DNA of 64,000 nt from Owenia fusiformis (lineage: Eukaryota). The stretch lies in contig CAIIXF020000001.1 of NCBI GenBank assembly GCA_903813345.2, forward strand, positions 3,968,001 to 4,032,000, written 5' to 3'. Below, one piece after another: positions 1 to 14,143 of this stretch; position 1 is the first letter of the stretch; every line of letters starts with the position of its first letter. The notes under the pieces are model-generated. The model saw nothing but the letters and a program-made list of their open reading frames with translations. It was not told the DNA's origin and ran no database searches. The translations under genes and the position numbers were made by a program.

Positions 1-3000
1 ACAATTCTGTGACTTGAGTCTGCCATGGTAGAGTTTGTTATTATGTAAATATCTCATTCCTCCTGCTATATCACTGGCAAAAGAGAACCTGAAATTAATA
101 GAAGACATAATCAACACACCAATCAAATTAAGTAACTGACTAATTTAAATGAAGAGAATAGAGGTTATTTACTGGGAAGAACTGACTATTGAAGTGTTCA
201 GTCATTCTGATTCTCATAGCATCTCATGAGCTGGAATGAAAGATCTCAAAAATCCTCAATTTTGGGCTCTCCTGGATCACCAAATCAAGCTCATTATATC
301 ATGGCATCTCAATGCTGAGAAGAAATGAGATGTCATGGTTTATCATGATGGTGTTCAGTACTTAGAGCAATACTATCAAACAGCAACTCTTGATGGATTA
401 TAAATTAATCTATATCATTCACACTCTTACCTAAAAGCCCAGTTTAAAGGGACATCTTCATTCATGAGTACATCATTCAAGCTTCCTTTTGGACAGTATT
501 CAGTTAGTAAATTTACTCTGTCTGGTTCTAGTGTAGCTCCTATAAATCTTGTCAGGTTGGGATTATCGAAGGTTCTGGAATGTATCAATTCTTATAATCA
601 TGGAATTTTGATATAAGGCTTCTACGTAGTTGTCAATGTTTTAATATCTTTTCAAATTAAAAGTAACCCATAGCTTTAAAAGCTGTTTAGATCAAGAACT
701 AACTGAATATGTATTCTAACCGAATGGGATTGATTTTAGATATGCTCAGTTACGTATCCCATAGACCAAAATTATTCTAAATAAACATACAAAATCTTTT
801 CTATCTTAGCCAATCATTGATTTTATTTGTATCTTGTCTGTATCTGATGTTTTTCAATTATGTTTTTTCTTTGGTACCACTGACATAACACATTATCATC
901 ATGGGGATATCATGAAATCTTTATCATCTCTCTCAGTTAATCGAGTCTTGACCAGTCTTGGTTGGAATAGGGGTTCTTTAAAAACAGGAGGTTTTAACCT
1001 AACTGATGCCTTTCTGGTTGCCTATAGACAATAGAGAGCTTTCGATATAAGTTATTTGGAATATGTATACGCAAACTTGTACAAGTCAGGTATAGCACTT
1101 GGGTGGAACTCTGAAAACAAAGATAGGGTGCTTTCATCCTTCAAATTCATTCCTTCAAATCACATCAAAATATTTGGGAAGTAAGTAGTTCGTGAGTTCC
1201 AGTTTCAAAGTATGATAACAACTTAGAAACCTCCCCAGTGGTGTTTACGTTATTTAAAAGTTAAAGTTGCAGTATAGAAAACCTGTTTCTGAACAAGTGT
1301 TATGTTTTTGAACATATATTATGTACAGGAGATTTAGTTTTTTATTTTGTTACTTTTACTGACCTGCTATTTTTCATATTTTTAAATCAATGATGAATCA
1401 TTTTCTTACCTAACTTGTTTGACCTCTTTTCGGATTGACTTGGAGAGAGCAAAATTTCTCTTTTGTATCGCTTTGACTGCAATTGTTCGGCCATCACTGA
1501 AATATTGTTATTGGAAATATAAGCTGTTTTTACATTAACTTCTGAAAATTAAACTTATGACACTGTCAGGCTATATTTCAAAATGACTACATACATGTAT
1601 TTTGCATTTTGTCTTTTGGTGTGTAAGATTCAGAGCCAAAATATAACATTTTGGCCCTTGGGATGACATACTTAGTTTATTTTTGAAAATCTAACTGCAC
1701 AATGTATTGCAAACAGGGATCAATTTGATATTCAATGACATGACCATGAAACTAGCAGACAAGCACTTGATTGTGGGACGCATTTAGTGTCTTATAGGCT
1801 GTAGAAGACACAATAAGCTTTCCAATGGTGTGCTGTATGTGTGGTTAGTTATTATCATAACAAAAATAGATAATAGATAACAAAATATTTTTTGCAGCCT
1901 TACATCATAATGTTAAGATAAGCTTTCCAATGGTGTGTTGTATATGTGGCTAGTTATTTCTAAGCATAACAAAAATGGATAATAGATGACAAAATATTTT
2001 TGCAGCCTCTTTCTGTGAGTACACGCAAATTTTGTGATAGGTTTCGGAGTAATGGGTTTCAGAGAAATGGCATGGTTTTTCAGCATTTTGAGCACTTCCA
2101 ACTGTTTTTGGGCCATAATTGTCAAATTTGAACACTTTGGATTTTTTAGAGAAGTGAACCCCCTTGGTAAGTAAAAACTGACTATTGGCCTTTATGTACA
2201 CTTACTAGATTCCAGTCTCTGTGAAAATCTGTTTTCTAGCAGCATTGAGGGCTAAAGAGTTTCCAGTTAAATTCTTATTTGCAGTTACCCCAGAGGTCAT
2301 ACTGGCCATGCTTTGATTGATGCTAATTACGCTTCCCATAAAGCCACGTACCCCAGTGTCTGAAACAAAAAGTTGATATTGTTTGAGTATTAATTAAGGC
2401 TAGATGGGGTAATAACATTCTGATACTCTGACCACCTTTGCCTTGCTAAGAATACTTCTAGAAAGGTGCTGATAGAAGGTTGTGACCTCTCACACTGTCA
2501 ATATGATAGCCAGTTGATATGCGATTCTGGAAGGGGCATAGGTGAAAAATGGTAAGGTAAATTTTTATAGTTGGCCTTAGTGTTGTCGGGATGTGCCATA
2601 ATCGTACATCGGCAATTTTCAGTAGTAAACATCGATGCACATCGCGATGTACATCGAGAAAAAGTTCGAGAAATGTGCACTGAAATACCGAACGCTAATG
2701 CACTAAAATACCGAACAGAACAAATTAATAAGAGTAGGCTGCTACATCCGGGAATTCTAGTAACGGTGAAATGAAAGTAAAGTCTATTTTTTTAGATTAA
2801 TGGTTCATTTCGTCTAGCTAAAACAGTTTTAAAGCGAAAGAATATCAGAAAACACTGGGAAATGAAATAAGACATGAAAAAAGGAAAACAATTTGCGTCA
2901 AAATAAGGTAAGAAAGGGCGATTTTTAGCAAATTAAATTTTTTTAAAAACATCGATGTTTTGTTTCAGACATCGATGCATCGCCAAAACCAGCTTTGGCG

Positions 3001-6000
3001 ATGTATATCGCGATGTATCGATTAATCGCGACAACACTAGTTGGCCTTAGTATGACTGTGTGAGTCTACAATAATTGCATTGGGAAATCCCTTTTAATGC
3101 TCCAATTTCAAGAGATGTGCAGTAGATAGATGATGTACCTGGAGTGATCTTGTCATATGAAACAATCCAGCTCTCATCCCATAATAACTTCTGCTGTTTC
3201 CATACAAAATACTGAAAATAAATAATCAAAAATCATCAGAAAATATTTATCATATGAAGCCATTATTCACCACAGAATATAGATCATTGCCAAGCAGAGA
3301 CACGTGTATGTCATATTTGCTTTCCTCTATATGGAATTATATACACTCTGTAAAGAAAAAACAAGGCATTAACTTGCCTAATGTCACCACCTGCCATTTT
3401 TTACAGATGCTGTAAGAATTCTTTACAAACACCAAATGCCGAACACCAACCACTGTCCCCAAAAAGTTGGGAGACTATAACAATACATGTATGTCACCAC
3501 TTCTGGTGGTGACATAATAATGCAATACCTAATATATTACCACAACAGTAAAGTTTAGCACATACCCCAACTATTGCACCAAGGACAATGAATACAATCA
3601 GGATGGCAACCACTATTAAAGCAATCTCCCATGTCTGCAGGGGACACCTCCCACAGTCTTTGGGGCAGGTCTCACAGTCTTCGCCTTCTATTGTTTCACA
3701 GTTCTCATCTCCACATACTATAAGGAAATAATATGAAATTTAACCATTAAAATCTATAACTCATTATTACACTTCTAGGCACACTCATGGTTTTTAAGGC
3801 AGCCATTTTTCCTCCTCAAATCTTAATTGCAAAGACTAATCTACATATTTCAGCCAAAACATTCAACTTTTGGTTTCAACATGGAGCTTGGCTGCTGCAA
3901 CAGATCAGGGAAGAAGGGAAATACATTTTGCCCCAAGATGTGACCATGTCCCATATAACATCTAGTACATTTGTTCAGCAATTTGTACATAGATTATTTT
4001 GAAAAAATCTTTAGATCAATAATGGACAAAAAATCTCAAATGCTCATTTTTTATTTTAAGTAAGATTTTGTGACATTATGAATGAAGTTAAAAAGTGTCC
4101 ACAAGATGAATTGTGGCGTTTATTTCACCTAGCAATTACACATGCGTGTTTTCAATCTTTTATGAGATATTTGTGCTTATAATTATAGCTTTTTAACATC
4201 TGTGGTCTTATATAAGGCAATGTGAAAGCCTCAGATTCACTACATCATTTACGTCAACAGCTTCTAAAATGCTTCAAGGTATAATCTATAATAATACATT
4301 CCATTACAAGGTTTCTAGTTAGCCCTGATCTTGGTTTGTAGCAATTGGAGTCATTTACCTTAAGGTTTATTGACAGAATGATTTCATGGTTAGTGGATTA
4401 TATTCAATATTAATGAAAGACCAACACTTCCATGTGTTTTTCTTCCGTAAATCCTTGCGAAACAAATCAGTTCTTTGTGTCTAATAATTGAATTCATATT
4501 AGAAACAATCAAGAAAGTCATGATATAATTTTACTATTATCTATTAAGCAAACATTAGAAAACTTAACACTGTAGGTGTTGGTTTTTTTGCTGAAAAATT
4601 GGTCAAAAGTATCCAATCATTTTTATTATGGTCATGGTCCGGCATGTCTCAACATTAGAATGACTAAGTAGATTGTAATTAAAGGCGTGATACTTCAATT
4701 GTCTTGAGCAATTACTACTTGAGGTGAACATCCACATAGTTGGTGGTGTCCACTATGTAAATTGAAAGACATGACATTTTTTCAATGCCAGACACTAAAA
4801 TGAAAGTCTGATCAATACTCGGGAATTATTAACTTGGGTTTAATTTACACACTTCAGCATCTCACATCCAAATTACAAATTATCAAATAACATTAAAAGG
4901 GTTGTATTAACATTAACAATTTGTAAATTGAATTTAACTGAAATAACATCAATAATGTATGTAAAATAGAATTAATCACATTTAAAACAAATCACATTTT
5001 TGAGTATCATATATAGAATTCTCAGTTTTGCTGAATTAGTATTATCCTGTGTACTGAGCAACATCTTATATTAGCTTTACAAGATCTGAAGTTTTTAGGA
5101 ATCAGTGCCTGATATTCTTGCAAAAATCTAATGCTTGTAATACATGATAAGTGCCTCTGATTAAAAAGAATTAGAAATTACATTCTGGCAGCCATTTTGA
5201 ATTCAGAGCCATCTTGAAAATTATTTCTAAAGCAGAGGTTCTAACTCGAACTGAATCTGTCAACCAGTATTTCATTTATCAAAGACTACATCTTCAAGAA
5301 AAAATATGGTGGCCATTTGAATTTATTGATCATATTGGAAATTATTTCTTGAGCAGAGGTCTTTTATTCATAAGGCATTAGCCTATAAAATTTAACAAAA
5401 GCTGTCGACTAGTATTTGAGATATTGCCAACCCAGACAAACAGACAAATGGGTGAGTGGACCGACAAATGGATGGCTTCTCTATATTGCTCCAAAACTTG
5501 TCCAGTGGGATGATAATTGTTGTATAATGCCAATGGCCTTCATCAATAAATTCATTGCTCTTTGGTAGCAAATTCATAACATTGACAAATCGCTGGAAAG
5601 GGAATGCAGCTCAATGGAGATGATGTCGATTAATTTGTTATCACAATTATGCCTCTATTGTTATACTGAGCACTCTAGTAATTTACTAAGTACCTGATGT
5701 TATTGCCCTACCCATCATAGCCACTGGCCATTATAGTGCCCAAGGACAAAAGATATTTCCGGAAATAATATTTATATCTAATCCTTGTGTTGATTCCCAT
5801 TGATCTATGTATATGCTGAATATTCCATGGATGGGTCAAAATATAATGAGGATATCCTATGATTTTTGAGGGATACCATTTTTATCCATGAGTGGAGATC
5901 ACCCATCTCTACTAGTGAGCTAAGCGAATGAGTAGAGATGGGCGATATCCAAGATTGGATAAAAATGATAGCCTGAGAAAGTCATAGGATATCATTTTTA

Positions 6001-9000
6001 TCCTATGATTGCTACTTTTGTATGGACTTAAATAATTTGACCTAAAAGTTGTTTTCTAATTCTTTTCTAATTTTTTCATTTTATTTTCTTTGAACTTATT
6101 TTTACAAAATGATTGCATGAAAATATTTAACCTATTTTAGTGAGCACATAATCTTGGAACTATATTGTTGCAGACAAGTGATTATTTGGCGCCAAATTCA
6201 AAAGTGATGAAAATATTGTATCCGATGGATACTATTTCTAAGATCCCATATGAGTCACTAGATACGATTTTAGTGGCTGGTGCATACCAAAATTATCTTG
6301 TGGTGTTATCCCCATATATATTGAAGGATGCACTAGAATCTCCAGTATATTGAAGAAAACAGTTATAAGTACATACATTAACTAATATAGCTAGACAAGG
6401 CATTAACATGAAGAGACTATAACAATATGTTACCACTTATGGTGGTGACACAGGGCCATCCGAAGGATTTCCCAAGAGGGGACGACTTTTGCATACGGAT
6501 GAATTGCACCACCGACACACCCATGCAAGGCATCTACGGTGATCTATAAGATAAGGGGGTCTGGGAGCATGCTCCCCTCAGAAAAAATTTGAGATTTAGA
6601 CCCTCTCCAGTCCAGTACATTCTGAGCATATCTGAGAGCCAAACTAAAATCTCTTTTTTTGAAAGGGGGGGTCTCCTCTCTTTTGGACGGGCTTGGTGAC
6701 ATTAAAAAAACTGTACACCAACAGAGTCGAAAATCATATAGCCAAAATGTAATTCTTATCCTAAATAACTTTTAAATATCTTTTAATTCATAATGACATA
6801 TAATTTTCACAATCAATATCCTTGGAAAAAACCTTTTCTGAAAAATATCAGGACAACAGACAGAATATCAACTGTCAGTGTAAGTCGCAAACAAGGCATT
6901 AGGATACAAAATGTCACCACCCGCCATTTGTAACAGATGATGTAATTCTTTACAGATGTCGTGTTACAGATTCCAAACCCAGAATACCAACACCATCCAC
7001 AAAAAGTTGGAAACTATAACAATATGTCACCACATTTTGTGCTTACATAAAAATGGTGGCCTTGACAATACATCACCACTTATTTGTGGTGACATGAAAC
7101 TACAAATATAATTGTTTTGTTCTGAGTTGTATCATATGAAGGATAAAGTTATTTCAAAAGCATGGGATTAATTACGAGAAAGTAAATAAAGAAGTTTATC
7201 AGTTATTATATTGTAAAGGCATCAATTAAACTTTCTTTTATGAGCTATTTTTAAGAATAATGGAAGCCAAGATGAAAGGCAACAAGTATCTTGGTTATTA
7301 AGTCATCTTGACCCTTATTAAACTTGCCTTTTGTAAAGTGGAGGAAAACATTCACTCCAAAATCTAGGATTTCAATAGCTGGTTTGAAAATCCCATTAAT
7401 TTGACTCATATTACAACATATTCTAAAAAATAATTATTTTGGATCTTCGGAAATCAATGTCTACCTTTCACCTCAGCTATCCCAGATACTTGCTCAATAT
7501 TTACTTTGAAACAAGACACAATGTCGTAAAAAACGTTGAGCCAATTGTTAAATACGTTTTGAAACTGTTTCAATTTCAGGAGACAAAACCTAATCAATAG
7601 AAATCCGATCTTTCATCAAACAATCACGAAATCTAGAAAATTACTTATATAAGATATTTATATTGAGATCAATATTATCAATTTGGTTGAAGTATCGTAT
7701 AATGAGCAAAGAGGCAATGTGCAAATGGTCCTCGTCCAATTATCTGTCACAGTAATCCTTATGATGGTAAGAGCATCACCTACGAAGATGAAATGAATCT
7801 TAAAGGGTCTCAGATAAGAGTGGATCAAGAATATATGGAGGAGGTTGTGAAGAAGGAAGCGCAAAGAGCTAATACCCGTCATGGTAACAGGACAACTCAA
7901 CACGGGCAACTCAACCCCTGGACAACTCAACCCCTAGACACCACAAACTCTAGATAACTCATCCCTGGGCAACTCAACCCCTAGATAAGTCATCCCTGGA
8001 CAACTCAACCCCTGGATAACTCAATCCCTAGACAGCTCAACCTTAAAGTCATGCTTAACTACATAATGCTCAAAGAGAGATTTTATTCTCAGAAGATTCG
8101 CGTTATGTGTTAATGGTGATACCCCCAATGATTGCTAAATATTGCATACAAATAGTCCTTAAAAGACTTGAGTCTGATTGTGGATTGCAAGATCATGTTT
8201 CATGTTCATCATATATGGTTATGTCACTGCACTCACCTGTTCTTGGGTTCACTGTGACTGTCTTCTCTATGGCCACGTGCATCTTGGCAATCTTGAAGTG
8301 GGCAATCAACGAATTCTCACCCTCTGTGTATAAACCTGGAATGACACTTGTCCAATTCCCACGATCTCTAGGCCCTGCCATGACTTGTGAATGTGTGTAT
8401 ATAGTTCCATTTGGACTGATCCAGGGACCACAGAGATCATTCTGCAGCTTATCATTCTTGTGGCAGGAGTGGACATTCACATGATAGATGCAGCAGTTCT
8501 CTTTGTTGGCTGCAGACACTGAGCTGGGACATACAGTGTTGTCACAGAAATCTTGGGCCCCACTAGCTGTGCTGTATCAAATACAAAATTCCATGTTTTT
8601 TCCATGAAATACCTGAAATTTCCATGAAATACATGGTGTTCCATGGTAATTTCCATGAAATACCAGCATTTTCCAAGGAATAATTCCCATGGAAATCCAT
8701 GGAAAGCATCAATTAGTTAACCAAAATAAATGAGCAATGGAAGCTGATTTAAGTCATTGAACTTAATTTCAACTTAAATTGAACTCTAAAGGGATACACT
8801 ATATGTAACAAGATTTCGCTATGCCTGTCCATCCCATACTCGTTTCCCAGTTTGATTTTCATCATACCTTGGAAATCCAAGATGTGTCCATCCGCCCACC
8901 TACCAATCCATCCGGCAAACTGATACAATATATCCCCTAGGCTAAGGGTGCTATAATGATGATAAACAGTTCATAGGATACATACGTGATATTGTTGAAG

Positions 9001-10566
9001 TTGAAGATATTGTTAGTAACTGCCCATGGCCAAAATGCAGACCCAAGAATTAGCTCATACGTAACATTAAACGATTCTTGTGCTTTCACAGGTGACTTTG
9101 GAGGCACAATCCATCTGATATTGATACCTGAAACACAAAAAAAAAATTTAATAATGTCTGAGCAAATCAAACAAAAATAGAACAAGGCACAGACGTGAAC
9201 AATATCGTACCTAAAACACAGCAGTGTGACAGTGAAGAATTTAGGACGGAAAATCCAAAATGGCCACCTTAAAATTTACCCAGAATGCCAAAAAACTAAT
9301 CAGTTCTTAACTTTGATACGTAGAAACATCCCTGAAAATTTCAGATGAATCTATCAAATGGTTTGGCTGGAAACCTGTAGACAAGTCTTGAAAGTGAAGA
9401 TTTTAGGACGGAAAATCCAAAATGGCCACCTTAAAATTAACCCAGAATGCCAAAAAACTAATCAGTTGTTAACTTTGATATGTAGAAACATCCCTGTAAA
9501 TTTCAAATGAATCCGTCAAATGGTTTGGCTGGAAACCTGTAGACAAGTCTTGAAAGTGAAGATTTTAGGACGGAAAATCCAAAATGGCCACCTTAAATTT
9601 TACCCAGAATGCCAAAAAACTAATCAGTTCTTAACTTTGATACATAGAAACATCCCTGAAAATTTCAGATGAATCCGTCAAATGGTTTGGCTGGAAACCT
9701 GTAGACAAGTCTTAAAAGTGAAGATTTTAGGACGGAAAATCCAAAATGGCCACCTTAAAATTTACCCAGAATGCCCAAAAACTAATCAGTTCTTAACTTT
9801 GATACGTAGAAATATTCCTGAAAATTTCAGATGAATCTGTCCAATGGTTTGGCTGGAAACCTGTAGACAAGATGAAAAGTGAGACGCCGCCCACCCACCA
9901 GCCGCCCGTCAAGCTGACGACAATATCGTACCTTTATTAGGTACGATAATAAAAATAAAAACAGCAACCCTGAGATGTAGAAATCGCACCAAACAAAAGC
10001 AAAAACTTCAAGATATTATTTTAAAATTGAAACAAAATTATGGAGCACTTTTGGGGTTATGACTAAAAACACCTGAAAACACAATTTTCAGTTATAAAAC
10101 TGGCAATCATTTTGCAAATGGGCCATTTTTTGAATCAGTCGAGTCTTAGGAACCTTTTTATATACTGAGAATTATTGAAGAATTATATCAACATATTAAT
10201 TAATGGAATTGTATCAACAGTGATTCTAAGACTGATGGACAAGGGAGTGATTACAATTGCTCACCGTGTGAATTATAATTAACTAACGGTTTGACAGTTA
10301 ATAATAGAAAAAATTGATACGCACCAGGACAAGAAGAATATGGCGTGGGGTTGTTAGCATTGGCTGTTATATACCAGCAGTGAAAGTTTGAATTATCCAA
10401 GCTGTGCCATCCTTCTGTGCAACTTATTAACTGCAAACAGAAAAAGCTCTATAAATATTAATAAATACATTTAAAATTGGAATTCCTGAAATGAAAATGC
10501 AATTACCTCACAGTCATAGATGTTTGCCAATAAAATCAAAAGAGTGAACAAACTGAAAAACAGCAT
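1..10566 (-). CDS. Single-pass receptor with kinase-homology (pseudokinase) domain, receptor guanylyl cyclase-like; 3' part runs off the window start
   Basis: GT-AG exons in consistent phase: 10507-10566 (MLFFSLFTLLILLANIYDCE, signal-peptide-like), 10325-10430, 8986-9127, 8237-8571, 3566-3717 (CGDENCETIEGEDCETCPKDCGRC + TM IALIVVAILIVFIVLGAIVG), 3139-3211 (YFVWKQQKLLWDESWIV), 2206-2359, 1410-1496 (DGRTIAVKAI), 431-574 (NPNLTRFIGA...TEYCPKGSLNDVL), <1-88 (DIAGGMRYLHNNKLYHGRLKSQNC). HGRLKSxNC without the catalytic Asp is typical of receptor guanylyl cyclase kinase-homology domains. The cyclase domain itself is not in the window. The start codon is uncertain because an acceptor-like ttttcag lies within exon 1. 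Confidence 0.85.
431..574 (-). CDS. Kinase-homology domain exon of the receptor GC-like gene
   Basis: TFDNPNLTRFIGATLEPDRVNLLTEYCPKGSLNDVLMNEDVPLNWAFR; ttccag acceptor, gtaag donor. Confidence 0.9.
2578..3039. mobile_element. hAT-type MITE
   Basis: TIR tagtgttgtcg/cgacaacacta; exact 8-bp TSD gttggcct at 2570-2577 and 3040-3047; internal catcg/cgatg subterminal repeats. Confidence 0.9.
3359..3518 (+). mobile_element. Short Helentron-associated (HINE/DINE-like) element, multicopy family
   Basis: aacaaggcattaac...tgtcaccacc...aaaaagttggagactataac...tgtcaccact-ggtggtgaca 3' hairpin; related copies near 6394-6703, 6890-7095, 24578-24705 and 43250-43345. Confidence 0.6.
3566..3717 (-). CDS. Cys-rich juxtamembrane repeat plus transmembrane exon of the receptor GC-like gene
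   Basis: CGDxxC...ExCxTCPxDC motif followed by a ~20-aa hydrophobic helix; tatag acceptor, gtatgt donor. Confidence 0.85.
6451..6695. mobile_element. hAT-like MITE with apparent 6-bp TSD, inserted in the 3' hairpin of a HINE-like copy
   Basis: Imperfect TIR cagggccatccgaagg / cttttggacgggcttg; gtgaca duplicated at 6445-6450 and 6696-6701. Confidence 0.6.
7890..8043. repeat. Minisatellite, ~16-17 bp unit ggacaactcaacccct, about 9 copies
   Basis: Directly visible tandem repeats in an intron. Confidence 0.85.
8237..8571 (-). CDS. Ectodomain exon of the receptor GC-like gene
   Basis: ttgatacag acceptor and gtgagt donor; encodes TASGAQDFCDNTVCPSS...CCIYHVNVHSC...CGPWISP...LIAHFKIAKMHVAIEKTVTVNPRT; in phase with neighbouring exons. 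Confidence 0.85.
9181..9950 (+). mobile_element. Helentron-type non-autonomous element with 4 x 162-bp internal tandem repeat
   Basis: Units start at 9231, 9393, 9555, 9717; subterminal IR tatcgtacct (9203) / aggtacgata (9939); 3' hairpin tatcgtacct-ttatt-aggtacgata; short gccc/accc microsatellite before the hairpin. Confidence 0.75.
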
Positions 10567-11873
10567 CAAGACAAGGGGGAATAACCTCTAACTATACCTA
10601 GACCCTATCTTCACATAAAGATTAACTTCTTTTTACTGATATATGATTGACGTCAATCATGTCATATCATTATCACTGACAGGGTGACAGGATTATGAAA
10701 TTGTTGAGAGTACATATGTATATCTTTTGAAAGAAATAGTTCAGATTATAGTTCATACTTTGTCAAATACATATTGATGACAATCTCTCCAGAGTATGTC
10801 ATTCCCCAATTAACCTATTTAGCCTAATAAATAGGGGATGACTGACTCGCTATGGCATAATTAATCAACATTAAAGGATTCTTTTCTCTTCTATGAAATA
10901 GTCCAAATATAGTCAAATTCATCATCATTATGTGGAGTGAAACACATATGTGCCAACTTAACAATTTTGGTTAAAAAACAGCTGCAGACAAAAAGTTTTA
11001 ACAATAAATTCAACAACTTCTCCACCAACATGCTTCAGTCAACCAGCATTTGAGTTCTCATCCAGAAGGATGAATGGACAGATGGTTTTTTTATATTCCA
11101 TATTTGAACTTGATTTACTGGGATATGTTAAGTGTAGGTAATTGTATTTTTCATAATGCAATCAAAGGTTGTGTGTTATTGGAATACAAGCAGCCAATTA
11201 TACCATAGGATGTTAAAGCAAGCTTTACTAAGTGCATCAATTAGGTTTAATAAAGCAGTTCAAAGTGATTCAAATGTTAAATCAAGAATAAGCAATAACA
11301 CATATTGATGAGGAACCATGTAGCTAAGGTTAATGAATAATACTAGATATAGTACTGTAATTATATTGGCAAAAAAGAGCATTCATTATTATGTACATAA
11401 TAAGACCATTGATTGAATGTTTAGGCCTCTCCATTGTAATTGTCTGTATAGCGGGATCATTTTTGAAAAATATGCTGCCCAGGTTTTTTTAAATCAAAAA
11501 TTGAAAGAAAAAAATGATTTATTCAAATGCAGGAAAATTTTAATAATGCCAATTAATTCTGGAAGACAGTATAAGTGGTCCAAGCAAAATTATATAAATT
11601 ATCAAACAATTATAATGAGAGGATGGAGTATTTTATCACAATTTATGTTTCTTACAAGTATAGCTGACCACTCATCAGATCATTGTTCCTATGATTTAGC
11701 AACATAAATAGCAAATGATAAGGGTAATTTAAATGCCAAATAAGTACTTATGTATTCTTTTTTTATCATTTATAACCACAATGGTAAAAGTACTGATCAA
11801 AACTGAAGGATAAGATTTTAATTTTTTTTATAATTTTCAATTTCAAATATTTTTAATTGAAATTTGTCAATAA

Positions 11874-12295
11874 CCCAGATGCGAGTAGAAATAATCTTGA
11901 TTACGTCATTCAAAATTCAGTCAAAGTAATATCATATTTGAAATCTACATGTAAAATTACATCTAGAAATGTGGTTTTAAAAAGTGTTTATCAACTTTGA
12001 AAAATTAATTTTCTTCGAAAATGTGACTTCCAGCTCGGGGAGATTCCCCATAGACCCCATGCTATAAAATCACAAAAAATGAAATATCTTTTCTTTTAGT
12101 GGACAGATAATATTTTGCTTTACTGGACATATTTTCATAAGTATAAGTATCAGACACATAAGGGTTATATGAAAATTGAGCTGCTTAAATTGATAATATT
12201 CAAGTTTAAGGGAACTTTCTTATATACCTGCCATGTTAATTGACCCGAATCAGCCACCTGGTGGTGAAACTGGTAACTACCTACTCGCATTTGGG
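11874..12295. mobile_element. MITE with CCC...GGG termini and TAA on both flanks (superfamily uncertain)
   Basis: TIR cccagatgcgagtag / ctactcgcatttggg; taa immediately outside both ends. Confidence 0.65.
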
Positions 12296-13964
12296 TAATT
12301 GTGTGGCATCATATTCTGATGTTCTTAACATCTTTCTCACTAAGGACAGAAATGGAGAAGGTAATGGAGTATGCAATGCTTAAAACAGTGGTGTACTTCT
12401 GATGATATTGATATGTTCCTTTTAATTACTTAGACTTTATTGTTCAGACTTGTCATAATTGTAATCATATTGGAATTGTTTGAATAGCTTTGTTGGTGTT
12501 TCCTATAAATAAAACCACCGGGCAGAGCACTTGACATTAATTAGGGTAAATAATGGTCAGATGATATAACAGATTAACAAAACAATGAAAATCCAATTTA
12601 ATTGTCAATATTTCCTAATTATATGTCCTATAACAGCTAGGTACTTTGTTTGATACCAAATAGAAATTATTTACAATATAATATTGAATTAATATTGGTT
12701 GTATAAATGTAATCAACTGCACATGTCTTGCCATGCATTGGAGGATGACAGAAATTGAAATTATAAATCATTCTCTTGCTATGAAATTCATGCAGTCTTC
12801 TTAAAATCACTTGAGTGACTTTATGTTATAAAATAAAAATATAGAATGATAAAATATAAAGTGCAATATAGTTCCTAGGGTGGTCCAAAATAACACTTTT
12901 TGAAAAAAATTAAGCTCCCTCTAGGTGAAACGGTGTTCCTTTTGGAGCAAAAAGTCCCAGAATATTTTTTCAAAATTTTTGACCTAGTTTTGACCCTGCC
13001 CCACATCCCCTAAAGTTAACAATTTGGCGTAAATGGCAAAAACGTTCATTTTCTAGGTTCAAATAAAAAGCTAAGAAGGATACACCATTAAATAGTACAT
13101 AACATACAACTACTACCAATGTGTTAGATTTTCTACTTATAAGAATTAACAGGATTGTTAATTCGATTGTTAATTTCTGTTTCTTGAAAACTTTTCAAAT
13201 GACATCAATGATTTTAATGATTAGTTCATTATTCATACCTGATATTATAAGAGGTCAATGGATATTTTAGTTTCAATAAGAATATAGAGTCAAACAAACT
13301 GTCATTCATAGTTAATGAAAACAAACCTGATCAAGGCAGACGTCTAACAAAAGAAATAATAACAAATCAATAAATGGGGCCAAGTTTCAGATGCTCAAGG
13401 AAATCAATAAAAACACCTTCGTAACTTTTCGCAGGATGAAAAAGCACCCCAGTCTCAATGACAGCATTTAATTCTCCCATTCATGATTTGCTCTTCAATC
13501 AAGGAGACACAGAAGTTTTTCCTCATATGGATAAAATATTACCCATGATGCAATTCGCGGGGGAACAAATTCTCCCTTGTTTTTCCCTCATTGGTTTAGC
13601 ATGTGGATCAAATCGATGTTTGATCAAATCTCTGTCCGATTGGACAAAAAAAGTATCATAAACAATTGGTCTTTTCATAACCTTTATATGAATTTCGAGT
13701 TACAGCAAAAATCGTAAAATAATGAGTAAAGGCAGCCATTTTTCAAAACTGAACAGTATACACTTCATTGGGAAACAACAGAAAACTTGCATGAATATCA
13801 TAGGCGAAAAAGGGGGTAATAAGCTAAATGGGACATTTGGTAAAAAAGGACACTCAATTTTCTCTATGTATAAAAAGTCTGTGTTGGTTCAATGAAATAT
13901 TCAGTCATTCATTGTGAGAGATCGCAATCTTTGGAGTGCAAAGTACAAAGTACAATTTTTTACA

Positions 13965-14143
13965 TACAAGCAAAACCTGTCTAAGTGAACACCTCTCTCT
14001 AGTGAACACCTGAGTCTTGTGAACACTTCTCAGCAAATGCTCCAATGACTTCTTTATAAAATCCCCTCTGAAGTGAACACCTACCTAAAATGAACATATT
14101 TTTGTGGCTCCATAGGTGTTCACTCTACACAGGTTTTACTGTA
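13965..14143. mobile_element. Tc1/pogo-like MITE (TA target)
   Basis: ta-caagcaaaacctgt ... acaggttttactg-ta with internal gtgaacacc repeats; related copies at 14640-14816 and from 39203. Confidence 0.7.

Noticed and set aside
8107-8484. 125-aa plus-strand ORF
   Set aside because: Antisense shadow of exon 8237-8571.
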